NCBI GenBank assembly: GCA_973895155.1 | Contig: OZ316898.1 | Location: 10,258,286-10,322,285 of the forward strand | Source of the DNA: Marsupella aquatica | Taxonomy: Eukaryota; Plantae; Marchantiophyta | DNA: 64,000 nucleotides | Direction of reading: 5' to 3' | Part shown: positions 48,982-63,230 of the stretch, one piece after another | Layout of the letters: the number at the start of each line of letters is the position of its first letter | Numbering within the stretch: position 1 is the stretch's first letter | Translations under genes and position numbers: made by a program | The notes under the pieces: generated by a model | Databases searched by the model: none | What the model saw: the letters and a program-made list of their open reading frames with translations, nothing else | What the model was told of the DNA's origin: nothing

Positions 48982-51861
48982 GACCCTCTTAGAAAAAGCT
49001 TCCCGCCTGTTGCCCCAATCAGCTTCTTCTCACATTCCAAAAATTCTGGATGCAGGTTTACAGCCTAGTAACTCGTGCCCAGACAGTGGTAAGCTTATAC
49101 AGTGAACCAAGTCTAAGTGCAGGCTCCGGGGAAGTCACCACCAGCCAACATTTATCCACAGAGTGCCTGTGCGATGAGTGCATGGGACATAGTTTATGCA
49201 CTTCTCCATACGTGCATGGTTTGCAATATCTGATAAGTGCATGGGAAATCACCTATGCACTTCCCTGTTGTTATTGGGTTACACACTGACTCCTGATACC
49301 CCAAACCCTCATATTGCATATTCCAATTGACTAAGCGCATGCATGAAACTACTTTATGTAAATGCTTCTTATGTATACATTGTAGTAAATAATAAATGCA
49401 TTCACACTTATAGACTACATTGCACTTATGTATATGTTGTTTAGTGCCCATTATTCTTTCAATTAGTGAGGGGTACTCAAACTTAAATGCATTTACAAAA
49501 AAAATCCTTGTAAGATTAGGTTTGACCCATGGAATGCACTTATACACGCTACACTTATGCACTATGGTTCCAGGCAGCTGATGTTTTATATACAACGAGC
49601 CCTATGCCAGTGCTTTGCACTGTGCAAGGAGGGCAGGCCCATAGGGATTGGCCGGGGCATTAGGGGCAGCGGGAAGCAAATATGTGATAGGGGTGTACAT
49701 TTCTCTCATCAATGGTCAACAAAAATAGCTAATCAAATCCAATGGCTGTGGATCTTTCCTGCCCAGAAGCTTTTTTGTAAGGGACTAAGGACGAAAAAAG
49801 GTGGAATCCCTTTTATTATAGTTGTAGATTTTTTGCCAGATTCCACCTCCCCAAAAAGTTTTCCCCGCTTTTGGTGAAAATTAGGTAGATTGTTTCTCTG
49901 TCATAAGCCAGTTTCCCACCTAGTCATAGACCCCATTTGCAAGAATCCAACGATCACCCTTAAATCTAGGGAGATATAACCGGCATGATAGAATACAGGA
50001 AAAATGGATAAAAACTATTCACAGCAAGTAGACTCAATTCAGAGGCTACATTCGCCCAGGGACACCCCAGTCCAGTTTGGTCTAGCCTAGTTTAGGGGAA
50101 ATGCTAGGCTCCAACCTATTGCCAGACTGGGAGTGAGAAGGCACTGTAATTGCTCGAGAGAAGACTGATTGATCGGCCCTCTGATTGGGTGGAGTGGCGA
50201 TTCCATGGTCGGCAGCAGAATCCTAAAAATCACTCATCTCAGATTCTCATGAGTCGTTTCGTCAGTCGCACACAACTCATCGCCCTGTCTGATTGATTGA
50301 TGAGTAAGTTGCTCACTCATTCAGCAATCAGTGCATATATATAATATATCTTTTCTGCTTTGCGAGCTGCTGATGAGCTGATCAGTGAGCGCATCGTCGT
50401 CCAGGAAAGGGAGAGCCATTATGGACTGTTCCGCAATTCCCGGGGAGGTGCCTTTCCGCCCCTTTCGGCTCAATTTCGGGGAGAGCAGGTACGCAGCAAT
50501 TATTATGGGCGTGACTGGGATTTCCACCATGACCGTCCGACGAATTGGCCGGCCAGGATCATCAGCATGTGACAAAGCAGATCTCAGCTCGGGCCTCGGG
50601 AGACTGATGGAGGCAGCAGGGAAGAAGCAGTCAAATTTGTCCTAATTTTATGAGAAGTGGACTGATCGGAGCAGAGAGCGAGCGAGCAACGGACGACAAG
50701 TAGCTATTATTCTCTTGAGATTTCATGACGTTAGGGTTTGCGTGGATTTCCCTTTTTTCCCTCACTCAGTCTCTCTCTCTTTTGCTACCCGCCCAGCATC
50801 AGCCCCAAGCCCAGCTCGAATAAAATAGATATTGCGATATTGCACAGCAGAGGATGGCGATGCAAAGCAGGACCAGGTAAGCGGATGCCAGCTTTAATAA
50901 TAATGCGCGCAGATGACGGATGCGTGTTTTCTTCCCGGTCTCGGAGGTGTGTCCAGCTCGTCGCTGTAGCAGCTGGGTGGGTTCTAGCCCCGGCCCCACA
51001 GATTCAATAAGTTGGGAATGAGTGAGTGGAGGGAGAAAAGCTACAGTCCTTAGACAGCTACAGAAGTAGCCAGCTCTGCTTTCGCTACCTCTCCTCATAG
51101 GCGATGGGATCTTTTGTGGCTACCTCTGGTCCATCCTTTTTTAAACTAGAGCTTTTCGAGGGGAGGAGGCACTAGCATCCAGTAGGTCCCCCCATCCTCT
51201 ATGCTTTTGTCTGCATCTGCTTTGCGATGGAGGACTTTCTTCAATTATGGGCGAACTATTTGCAAGCAGCATCTAATAATAACTCCGTTCCAAGCAAGGC
51301 GCCAAGAGCGGCCCACACTCGTCCAGCACTGCACTGTCGAAGAGGCTCATCGCCTCCTGGCAAACAGCGCAAAAGGTGGTGGTTGAGAACTCCAAATCAA
51401 CGTACACAGTACAGGGGTGGTGGATCTTCCACTCGGGTATCAGCAGAGTGGCCCTTCAGGAAACAGTCCCTCGCATGGTGTTGAGACACAATTCTGCACA
51501 GCTTCTCCCGAACATATTCAACTTATGAGTTGCTTCAGCGGTGGTTTCTTTGGGAGAGGGAGATTTGAGGCATCTGTCGAACATTCGGTGTTTTAAGTGG
51601 TTGTTCTTACTAGGTGGACCGTTCACAGGAGTAGACTTTCTGAAGATCACTTGGTGCACCGATTCCTGTGAGACAAGGTGCATGTGAAGCTTGCGGTTGT
51701 GGACCGCAGAAATTGGTCGATCCACTGTGGGTTAGTTCAAGGGCAAGGCTGTCGCTTGGAGGGATTTTCAAATGACAGTCTCCTATTGAAGCGACTGGCC
51801 TTAAGTGGCAGCAACACTGCCATTCTGCATTGACCTTTCGGGTTGAGAGCAGCATTACAAG

Positions 51862-54800
51862 ATGTATAACAAGTGGGGAGGAGCGTCCGCGCAGCATGAT
51901 GACCAATCAGACCTCGATGACAGCAGAAGTAATGTTGACGTTGACAGGGCCTCCGTAAGGAGCCTCGAGGAGACCCAACAAAGTTGGCTGCTCGGGGCCG
52001 GAGGGGAGAAGAAAAAGAAGGGAATCGATCTTGGATGTGTGATTATCAGCCGGCGAATGTGCTGCCTGCTACTCGTCTTTCTTATCTTCTGTGGCTTCGT
52101 TGCTGGCCTCACTGTTCTCATTATCTATACGCTTCCTCATAAACATCACTCAATGGAACCCGCTGACAACTACACCCAGGCATTGCACCTAGCTCTCAAG
52201 TTCTTCGATGCACAGTACTGTAAGTCACTGATGCTCTCACTCTATTTTGTATCCTGCTGTAGCCCGTAGCTTTGGTTCTAGATCACCTCTGGTAAGGGGA
52301 CTGGGTAGACTCACTGAACTGACCATTCATGACTGTAACGTTCAGTAGATGTAGTTCTTGGGACCGTCCTTCCACGTCAATCGTCAAGAGCCTGATCCGT
52401 TGGCCGGGAATGCAGTCAAACGATTTGGATGAAGGTTATTGGCATTCGTAGCAAGGATTCTATTAACAATATTCCGTGGTGAGAGTCGTCTTTGTTAGTC
52501 ATGTAGTGACCTGTAGAGATTCATGTTGTTGTCCAGCGGGAAGGCTGCCGAAGAAGTACAATATCTCATGGAGAGGAAACTCTGCGTTAAGGGATGGATT
52601 GGATGATGTGAGCGGTGGTGTGAAAAAGGATTTGACTGGGGGATTCTACGACGCGGGGGATAACATTAAGTTCACCTTCCCGGGAGCGTATGCAATGACG
52701 ATGCTGAGTTGGAGTCTTATAGAGTACAAGCAGAAGTACATTGCTCTCGGTGAGTATGACCACACCAGAAATCTTATCAAGTGGGGCACGGACTTTCTGT
52801 TCAAGACATTCAACTACACAGTGAATACAACAACCATAACGTACATCTTTGCACAGGTACCGTTCTTTTTTCTGGATTGTCCAGATAGTCGTTTCTAGTC
52901 CTTTTAGGCGTTGACAGTAGAGGATCCATGTCTCGGAAAGCAGTTTTGGGTTCGTCAGTAGTGTTGTTGACCAGCTACCACGGGGATGCAGTATGGAATG
53001 GAACGGGTTGATGTTGTGAAATTTTGAACTCCTGTCTTGCGAAACTGTGTTGAGAATGTGGGTTTCAATCTGTATCACCACCTGTTATTGTCGCTGTTAG
53101 TGTGTGGTATCTGTCAAGATTGTCCCCTAGTGATATTTTGACTCGGTAGCTGGAGAAGGTCATAGTTTAGGTGTTCTGATAGATTAGAGACCTTCGTCAC
53201 CAGACCTGAGTTTATGAATGTAACGAGGAACCAACCAGTGCGTGGCTGGAAAGCGACTTGAGCCATTCCCTCGAGAGATGTCGTTCTTCTCAGACTGTGC
53301 AAGCTGTCGGTGTAGGCGTAACGGTTTTGTCGTGAATTCGTAGATTACCAGGTTTTAATGACGTCGAGTCTGTAATTCGTTCTGGACAGGTTGGTTCCGG
53401 CACTTTCCCTTCAACTACTGTCAATGATCACTACTGCTGGGAGAGACCAGAGACAATGGATTATCGTCGTACCGCATATGCTGTGACTTCCGGGGCTGAA
53501 CTTGCTGGGGAAATGGCGGCTACGATGGCAGCGGCCTCAATTGTCTTCAAAGACGATCTAGCTTATTCAAATAAATGTCTAGTAGCTTCAAAGTCCTTGC
53601 TCAGATTCGCCGAACACCCCGGCAAACGCAGTCGCTACACTTCGTCAGATGCGGACGCTAAGACGTTCTACAACTCTACGGGATATTGGGATGAATACAT
53701 TTGGGCAAATGCATGGCTATACTTTGCAAGTGGCAACGTGTCATATCTTGCCAGGGCGACACTTCCTGGAATAGCTACGCACGCCAATGCTGCCAATATT
53801 GGGTGTAAGTACTGTGGGGTTATGAGCTGGGATAACAAACTCTTAGGTGCCCAGGTGAGATTCAGTAGCTATGCCGTAAAAGTAAACTCTGACTTGGAAA
53901 GGAGTAGATTCTCTTTTCGTTCCCTGACGCTGGGAGCTTCCCTCACCGAGCGGGTATACTAGATATAAATTTTCTTTGCACAGATGATGTCAAAATTATT
54001 TGAGTCAGATTCCTTTTCCAAACAATCTCATCGGACCACCAACTGGGAGGATGATCCCGTCTGGAATCCAAAATATGTGACGTTTCTTTGCCGTTGTCCT
54101 TTTCCCCTGGTTTTTTTAGTAGTCACCAGGCTCGGCAACGCACCTTGTGCTAACTGAATGTTTGTGTTGTGGCAGATACTCCTGACAAGACTGCGAATTA
54201 TGGAGAGTCCCCCGTATCCATATGAAGCCCAATTGTTTCAATTCCATAACGAGACCAATCTGATCATGTGCTCGTACTTGCCCCAATATAAGCAATGGAA
54301 CCAAACTAAAGGTCAGTTACTGTCCCTGAAGCAATGCCGCCCTAGCTGGTGGTTTATAATATGGATTATACGCCACATTCATATCGTACACATGCAATGT
54401 AGCTCAGGTGTTTCCCGGCTCAAATTCTCTTGGACTGAATTCTGTGTGGAGTCCTCGGTAGATTTTCTAATGGAAAGCTTTCTATCTTTGGCGCAGGTGG
54501 TTTGACGCTTTTTAACTACGGCAACCCACAGCCTCTTCAGTACGCTGCAACTGCAGCCTTTATGTCGTCTTTATATGCAGATTATCTGACCACCACAGAT
54601 ATACTTGTGTGGCAATGTGGTCCAAATTTCTTCCCTGCTAAGAAGTTGAAAGACTATGCTCGCTCACAGGTCCGTCTCTCATGTTTTAAGTATCTCAATA
54701 TAAGAATTTTGGGTCAGTTTGGATTAGAGCGTTCCTCAAAACCTAGGTCGAAAACTGTATCTTATTCGGTACGGATCTTATCAGTCGGAGTACGAGGATC

Positions 54801-55264
54801 TTCTTGTGTGCCAGCGAGACTTCCATTGTTAATTGTTTTAATTGGTTGCAATGTTTTGACAGATTGATTATATTCTCGGGAGCAACCCTCTCGGAATGAG
54901 TTATGTTGTGGGCTTTGGGAAGAAATATCCCAAACAAGTGCACCACAGAGCAGCATCCATTCCCTATGACAAGGTTAAATACACTTGCACTGGTGGATTT
55001 CAGTTCAGGGACTCAAATAAGCCGAACATCCATACTATAAATGGCGCAATGGTTGGTGGCCCGAACAAGTTTGACCATTTCTTGGACAAGCGCATCAACT
55101 TCACTTTCACAGAGCCTACACTTGCTGGCAATGCGGGTCTCGTAGGAGCGCTTATTTCTCTTTCAGACGCCAAGCCTAACGGAGTGGACCGCCAATCTCT
55201 GTTTGCCAATCTTAAAAGCATGTATATTGGTTCCCCTCCTCCTCCTGGCCCATGGAAACCCTGA
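51862..55264 (+). CDS. KOR: KORRIGAN-like membrane-anchored endo-1,4-beta-glucanase (GH9A), ~617 aa
   Basis: Exons 51862-52219, 52537-52856, 53390-53854, 54176-54311, 54497-54669, 54863-55264 (1854 nt, phases consistent). Cytosolic tail ETQQSWLL...DLGC, TM helix, GH9 motifs GGFYDAGD, DHYCWERPE, VHHR, TEPTLAGNA, and the C-terminal PPPPGPWKP typical of KOR proteins. Confidence 0.96.
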
Positions 55265-58200
55265 GCCCAAAATCTCATCCTCTTCATGTGTCCATGGGAT
55301 CTAAGACCAAGATAGTTGCTCATTCCCAGGCACTTAGGGATACTGCATCAGTGAAGACTGGTGAATTCGTGTTTTTCGAAACGGAATGGGGTCCCAGCCA
55401 TTCGTGTGCAGGTGCGGGCTTGGGTATTGGGAATTTTGGCGATGTTCTTGTTCTGTATCATAGATTTGAGATGCCCTTTACATCAAGGTTCGCATTGGAC
55501 ATCACTGCTCTTGTCACGAGATACTTTTGCTATCTCTTCCGGTGAGTTTGGAGTTACGAAAAAATTGCTCAGATCAATATATCAGAATTTTTATGGTGGA
55601 CGCATGGAGCTTAGACTATTGCTCTTGATTGGACTTGGCCGTGAACATTCCCACCCAGAGATTATCATAGTCCTTAAACTGTATTCAAGAGCCGGATTTA
55701 GGTCGTTGTATATACATGGGGCATAATCACAGGATTTTGTGAAAGCTATCCAGGACTCTTGGAAATGGGTTGGATTTGGAATCAAAATCTGTCATTTCAT
55801 GTTTCTAAAGGGCCATTCTAGAGTTTCAGTCCAGACTAGTGCTGCCGCACCGTCAAACCTAGATTATATTTCTGAAATTATGTTCAAGAAAGTTGCAATC
55901 CATGGGTCACTTTTTGCTGCGAAGGCCTTATGGGTTGTGGTGTTAAGCTGGTACTATATGAATAGTCATGGGTATCCGATTTTGAGGCGGACTGTATATC
56001 AGTTATCTTAATTCAGGGTTGCCTAATACTAGTCCTGATCTGAGCCCAGATGTGGGGGAATTTATAATACATTTGCGCTCCCTTTCTTCGTACTGCGAGT
56101 TTGTAACTCCCATCCAAATCGCTGTTTTCAAGTTTGTCCTGTATCATCGATCACACATTCTATAAGTAGCGAATGCAATAGTTTACTTGAATCTCCAAGC
56201 CTTGTGACATAGAACGACGGAGTTGAATGTGTTCTCCAAAATCCGTTCTGGGTGTTCTCTAACATCCGTTCTGGGTGCCTTTTGAGCACAGCATGCTACT
56301 ATGAGCACAAGTGTTTACACTCATTTAGACATCCTTACCTGTCTCAAGTTTCAGCGAGTCACTGAGATAATACCGACAAATCTACGTACAAGTGTGAACG
56401 AGGGTCGTTGTTGACATGGACATTGTTCATACCTAGCAATCAAAGCGGTCATTGGGACCTTCCACAGTGCACTTATTGGAACTCCAGCCAATATAAAGCT
56501 GCAGCTTCGGGCTTGGAACTTCTTTCCGATTTCATTTCGAATCCGGTAATTCTGCCAAACGGGGTATGGGCCAAACGGGGTATGGGCAAAATCCTTCAGT
56601 CTTGCCAGTTGAGCTGATCAAGGAATCCAGCAGAATTTTCCCTGCTGATCCCAACATAGTTATCTTTCAAGTGTGTAGATCAAGTCGCAGGTAAATTAAG
56701 GGATAGCTGTGGGCGGTGACCATCTGTTGGTTAGGATCCCGACGAGTTTCCCTTAAGAACCCTCTGGTCTTGACACTCCCTGATTGGTGTCCGTAGTTGT
56801 ACGCATGCCTCCGAGCTATTTTCGTGCGAGGCAGTGGGAAGTCCTCTTCAGACTTGATACCTTCAGTGCTTCTGGTTGGCATTATCCTTCCATGAAGATT
56901 CTTCGCTGCACGATTGACTTTGAGTACTGTAGCCTGAGTAGAAGACCAGAAATTTGTCACTGCTGTGTACTCTGTAGCTGTGATTGTTGATTGATGTTGG
57001 AATTGATACACGATGCGTGGTGTTGTGGTCAACCATAGATATTGGAATGATGTCCTTTGACTCTGTTGAGAGCTTCTGTAGGCATCAATTTTCGAAGGAC
57101 TGAGATTCTTTGCTTTACTCACTAGCAATTGATTTTGAGCAGCTGGAATAGAACTGCAAGAGCTTGCTAGAGCCATGGAGGACTTCTCCAAGGGGAACTA
57201 CTTGCACCTATAATTGTTGATTGGAGTGCATTTGGTCTGCGTGTCTTAGAGTGGGGGTCAGCTACAGACTTTGGAATCCAGTAGAACTTTTGTAGACATG
57301 CTGGTTGACTCTTCATTGGGGGGTCTCAATTACAGGCTGTGGGCTAACTTACAGGGCTGGGTTAGGCTCAGGCGGGCGTGGCTGAAACTTGTGTGGCACT
57401 CCCTGCACCTGGTCTGCACCCTGTGGTCGCGAGAAATTACCCATAGGGCGTGTCAAAGTTCTCCGGTAACACTTTGGTTATTGCTATATTTTTTTGGACA
57501 TACCACCCTGATACGTATTTTGGTAACCCATAACAATTCTGTCTGACCGTAAGTGCGTTTTATGTCCTGAGCCGTAAGTCAGGTACAACTGTGCTTTGAC
57601 AGGCCCTATTTCCCGTACTGTTTTGGCCCAAACAGCAAAATTAAATGATGAGGCACAGTTTGGACTCGTCTGTCGTGTCTTCATGTCTTGGTGCAATTCT
57701 GCCTTGTGTTTCAAAATTGAGGGCTGAAGTCCATGGACTGACGGCAGTTAGTTGTTGAGTTGAATCAATCTAACCACAAAACAAGGTTTATTATTTTCCG
57801 TAATAAGGCCCCGCGTGTTAAGCTTTGTCCTTCTAGTGCCCACTTCAAAATTAAGTGCTTACTTCAGGCATGGCTCCAACAACCACCTCCTACCACCGGG
57901 GCTGCCTTATGGGGCTAACAAAATAAGGGCACTTAAGAAGCTTTAACCCATGACTCTCGCCCACAGAATGAGTTACTAGCAGGGTACTAGCCCCGCGGCA
58001 AACTGTCCCCGCCTTACATTTCAAAGGAAAAGAGGATGAAAAAAATATTGTACCCATTTCTTCCACAGAGATAAGACCTAATTTAACTTACTCAATTGGC
58101 AGGCATGCAATATGGTTTTAGAAACTATTTAGTTTTTCATCCTGATCGGACTAGGTTGTCAAGAATAATGATTTCACTACTTTTATTATTAAAGAAAATG

Positions 58201-59017
58201 TATGAAGAATGACTGACAAATATAGGAAGGAGAAATGATGCTATTGCTGGGCCCTATCATTCTGGGTAGCGAGAAAAAGGGTTAGAGTTTAGGATTACAT
58301 CAAGGTTGGACAAACCAAATTTTTCATTAATTTTATAATTCCAGTAAAAGGAGCTCGCATGTGCTATACTGCCCCTACTTCTTAGCAGTGTTATGCATAG
58401 TTCAATGGGAACAGTGTGTCAAAGGACAGGTACACCTTACCTAGTTTGAACCCCTGTTCTCAAACTTTTGACTATCATCCCTTTTGAGGGTGGAGAATTG
58501 TGGCGCAGAACCGGGCTTTTTGGGTTCAAGATGACAGAGTACTTTGAGGTACAATAAGGAAGATCATAGGTAACTATTAGAAGCAATGGGCAAAGAAGAA
58601 AATGAGTGTGTTTCTTTAAGTTGCTGTTTGTTACCAAAAGAAAGTTAAAAATGATGTATGTTCTCTATTGTGCCATGAAAGGAGAGCGAAACTCAAAAGG
58701 TTAGGAAAATAACACATTAGACAGAAGTGAAGCTTGGGAGTTGGGCTATCCTCAGGTGGGAACCTCTTGCTCCATGGTAGGAGTACGAAGATTAAGGGAA
58801 AACTGGTAAACTTGAAGGGGACAGAAATAAGTACAACTGATTGTAATATACATTTATAAAGGGCAGAAAATAATCAGAAGAGCAAAAAAGATTAGTGACC
58901 TGAGTTGGGGAACCTCCAGTATTAAGCTCAATGGATGAGGGGTTTGCTCTGAAGCCCCCATGGATTTCTAAAGTTGGGATGGACTGACTGGAAATATCAA
59001 AATTTACTCCCAAACAC

Positions 59018-59501
59018 TAGTTTACAGGGAAAGTTGCTGCTCATGGACAAACTACTCAGGACGTCCTAGAGCTGCAAGTGTTCCTCAAGGGTAGCTATAG
59101 GGCCGAGCAAGCTATTTGCTATTTGCTACCTTCCATATTTGCTACCCTGCTATTTGCTACCCTCAATATATGCTATTTGCTACCGGTTTCCATTAGTTTA
59201 CAAGGAAAGTTGTTGCTCATGGACAAACTACCCAGGACGTCCTAGAGTTGCATCTGTTCCTCAAGGGTAGCAATAGGGCACAGCGAGCTATTTGCTTTTT
59301 GCTACCTTCCATATTTGCTAAGCTGAATATATGCTATTTGCTACCGGTTTCCATTAGTTTACAAGGAAAGTTGTTGCTCATGGACAAACTATTCAGGACA
59401 TCCTAGAGTTGCAACTGTTCCTCAAGGGTGGCAATAGGGCAGAGCGAGCTATTTGCTACCTTCCATATTTGCTAGCCTCCATATATGCTATTTGCTACCG
59501 G
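59018..59501 (+). repeat. Three-copy tandem repeat (units ~176, 161 and 147 bp) with internal gctatttgcta motifs
   Basis: Units start at 59018, 59194 and 59355 with tagtttaca.ggaaagttg.tgctcatggacaaacta. Confidence 0.92.
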
Positions 59502-60596
59502 CCGCCTTACAAGGCAGACCGGTGCAAATGCTCTACTAGCATACCATCTAGAGTGAACCCCATCGTCCATGATTCTGGGGCCGTTAAAAGCTACCATTGG
59601 GGCTGGAACTGGATGGGATAAAAGTACGCCCCATCATTTTAGGAGTCTAAATCCCCTGAATGTCCACGGCTAAATGGCATTCGTCCCCAAAATGGCATTT
59701 CAGAGAATTCTAATAATGTGCAGTCAATATAACAGTCATGGAGGGTGTTACGAAATGCACAACTGAAACAATGCGGCTGATGACCGTGGCTACAGATAGA
59801 AATGAATTTAGGTGCAACTGATAACAGTCAGTGCAGATACTAAACGAAATTTACCGTCAGGTGGCTTTACGACAGGAACAACATTTCTTGATTTACCAAA
59901 GCAATTTCAATAGAATGAAAGAGTTCCTTGACCAAAATTGGTTTTGGCAAGGAAGCTGATCGTTGTGAGATCCCCCACAAAGGATGTGCGTGCCCCACTT
60001 ACCACAAACTGTCCTTCAAGGTACGAATCCTTGACAATCAATCTCAATCTGTGCTCGAAGCATAAACGTCGTAGCCTTCAGTCTCAAATTTTTCAAGCTT
60101 CTCAATGTATTTACATGCCAGCTTCTGACAGTTCAACCAGCCAAATAAGGCATAAATTGTCCTTCTGTACAAAATATCCACTTTCCTATATACATTTTTT
60201 TGCCCTAGCCTAGGGATTCAAATGATCCACGGAACCCTGTTCCTGATTCAGCCAGATGAATGAGATTCCATAGATGTTGGTGAGCTGGGACACCGGCTCG
60301 CGACCAGTGTATCGCAACTCTGCTAGCCTGCTAGCTTGGCAAGGCTCCACAATAATACAACAATGTTCCTTTCCCCGAGGAAGTAACCTCCATGTACAAT
60401 ATATACGAATCCTACAATTTGGAGATCTACTGAGATGGAAAAATATTTCAGTCCTGGGTCCTCCAGCTCCGAGCATCAGACCAATAGCTTCGTCATCAAT
60501 CATAGCTGCACAAAAGTACCAGCGATAGTCAGTACCTGTGCACCATAGAGCATATCAGAACTTCTAACCGACTCGTTTTCTTCACATGAACTCCAC

Positions 60597-63230
60597 TTAC
60601 TGCCGAGGAAGGCAAACAGAGGAGCGATGAAGTAAGCCTGTCCTCCTAATTTAAAAACATTAGGGTATTGAACCATCGTATTCAATTGTGAGGATAACCA
60701 CGAGTTGCAAATGAAAGCGTCCTTAATAGAGAATTTATATACCTGCTTCTGCTGGCGACGCTTCTTAATTCGCAGCTGGCTAAGTTCATCCCGTAGACGT
60801 GCTGCAAGTTAACAACAGAGTCGATCATCCCCAGACACTTAATATACTTTAGAGGACATCCTAGTTCTTGTCAGCCTGATATCTCAATTTCTTGGCAGTG
60901 ACCATTTCAGATAACACCGTTCATTCAACTTGAGTGCAGACCAAATTCCTACCTGCATCGCTGTAGCGCTCCTCAATGGCAGCCATCATCATGCTACGTA
61001 CGAGGACAAACTCCTCAGCTGCTGCACATGAGTCCGACTGAGGCCTGTACGTACATCCACATCCATGAGCATTCTAACCGAGCGTAACTTCTAGCAATTC
61101 AGAGAGATCAATAGACGATGAAGTAATGAATAGGCAAGGTAAGGTCTAGTAGTAACCCATCAAAGCATAAGCTAAGGTTCTCTCACGTAAACGCCAAGTA
61201 GTAAATTCTCATCGATCGACAGCAAGTTCTAATTACGTCATACCTATCAAGTTCCGTGAGTACGACCCCCACTGTTGTTCGTGCAGATCGAATTGGCACT
61301 CTTTCTGCATCAGTGACAATGCGAACTCCATCACCGTAGGCGAGCTCCCTGTTCACTTGAATAGGGATCTGTGACAGTCCACTAGTAGATGAGCACAGAC
61401 CCAGCCTTCATAGAAAATTTCAATCAACGAAAAGTCCCCATCGTCATGTCCTTCGCGAGTCATTCGATCTTTTCAAAGTTAAGATCATCGTCGCATGCCC
61501 CCTCGTCAACATGTAAGATTTTTCATGGACAGAAAAGAAATCGAGGGGTTCGAACTATTTGCCCCAACAAGCGGTGCGAATCTGACACACATGACCATGG
61601 AGATGGATGAATATCCAGTCCCCTAAAGTATTTTTGCGGACCCCTTGCTAAATCCCAATGTCAAATCAGGGATAATCGATTTTTTTGCATGAGAACCAAT
61701 TATAATGGTCAACCAAAGACGCACAATCGTCTCCAATTGCCAAGGTTCCTGGAGGTTCTCCACCAGAGAGGGCACACTCCCTTGGAAATCGGGCCCATGT
61801 GGAGTCCCATCGAGCTACTCATAGAACTATCTAGTCAATCCCAACGTGGCAAATATAATCAAAACAACGGCACGATCATTTCATCATATTTACGAGTGAA
61901 GGCCAAGATAGACAAACTACAATTAGCACTAGATAGGCGACCCGAGTAGGACGCCAAATGTGAACAGAGTCCATACCTTGCAGCGCACAGCTAGATTAAT
62001 GGCATCAGATGGCCGAAGATCTAAGGACACCATCTTCTGAGACCCATCGTCAATCTGTAGCACAATGACAGTACTTAGAAGCGCAACACATTTAAGCACC
62101 AACACAAGAAGCGAGAAACCCGGCCCAATAATGAGAGAAAATGGATGTAACGACACAACTCTGGACGATCATATTCACCTTGCTTAGATATACTCGGGCA
62201 TAGTAAGCTTCATGTACTCTCCGGGTTACCCGCACAAGCTTCGCCTGGAGTAAAAGGATGGTCATTTGTTAGTCAGATAGAGTCGACAATCAGACCAGCC
62301 CACACATATGCCTCCATCGCGAAGGGACTGAAGAACGACAACAGATAAATCTCCGTCAACCCACAAGAAACAATGCGAACGAATTACCTGATACCCCATC
62401 AATTCGAGCATGTCCCGCATAACTTGATAGACGGTTGGACGGGCCTGTCATACACAACAGGGAAATGGCTCTCGTCAGCGACATCCAAATCCACTTCTCA
62501 CGACCACCCACAATCACTGTCTCTCTCCCCCGTGCCGGCAAATAAGTGTATTTACTTCAGAATCTATCAATCAATTTCTCTCAATTACATTGTTGAAGGG
62601 TGATGGTACGACAAACGCTGACGAGTCAGTACAGAAGTCTCTACAGAGATACATAACTACCTGTGAGTCTACATCATGAGGTCACACAAAAGATCAAAAA
62701 AGTACACTGAGAACTCTAGAACGACGAGAACCGTCCCATTCCTGATCCCTAGTCCACACCACAAACCGTCCTAACTCCGGTAGAAAGATGTGGGAACTTA
62801 CAACTTGGACCTGGCGGACAGCCTCCATGAGCATTGTGCTTGGTAGTTCCACTGCCAAGCGCAAGAATTCGACCGTCAGAACAAACCCTCTGTATCACTA
62901 CAATGACTTTCTGGGAAAATGAAAATAGCCTCACGAGTGAATCACAAAAGGCAAGAGTCTCGCAATTGCACACAGCGACAGAGCCTCGTTGCGATGGTCA
63001 AGCTTGAAAAGAAAGCAAACTTCAAATCATATGCCAACGGGGAAAAGATCGCTACTCACAAACAATGATGGGCAGCAATAAATCACTGCCGTCCTCCATC
63101 TTAAGTACAATGGCGGGCTGTGGGGCATAGTCTGGAAGGTGTCCTCCATCTGGGTTATTGTGGACACACTTCACAAACCTCCCATCCCGCATTTTTATGA
63201 GAAATCCATCTGAGCCGCTCTTAACTTCCA
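60597..63230 (-). CDS. BBD: Bifunctional nuclease (BBD/BFN; DUF151 DNase-RNase plus UVR domain); 5' exon(s) not identified in the window
   Basis: Exons 63230-63060 (EVKSGSDGFLIKMRDGR..CVHNNP.GGHLPDYAP.PAIVLKMEDG..LLLPIIV), 62851-62802, 62444-62388 (ARPTVYQV), 62244-62179 (VRVTRRVHEAYYA), 62054-61977 (DLRPSDAINLAVRCK), 61368-61244, 61044-60953 (EERYSDA), 60801-60743 (RLRDEL). The stop is either TAA at 60599-60597 after a final intron or TGA at 60502-60500. Confidence 0.93.

Noticed and set aside
50300-51860. Short ORFs upstream of KOR
   Set aside because: The region looks like promoter and 5' leader (CT-rich tract at ~50765, splice donor at ~50877). No protein similarity was recognised, and uORF function cannot be supported from sequence alone.
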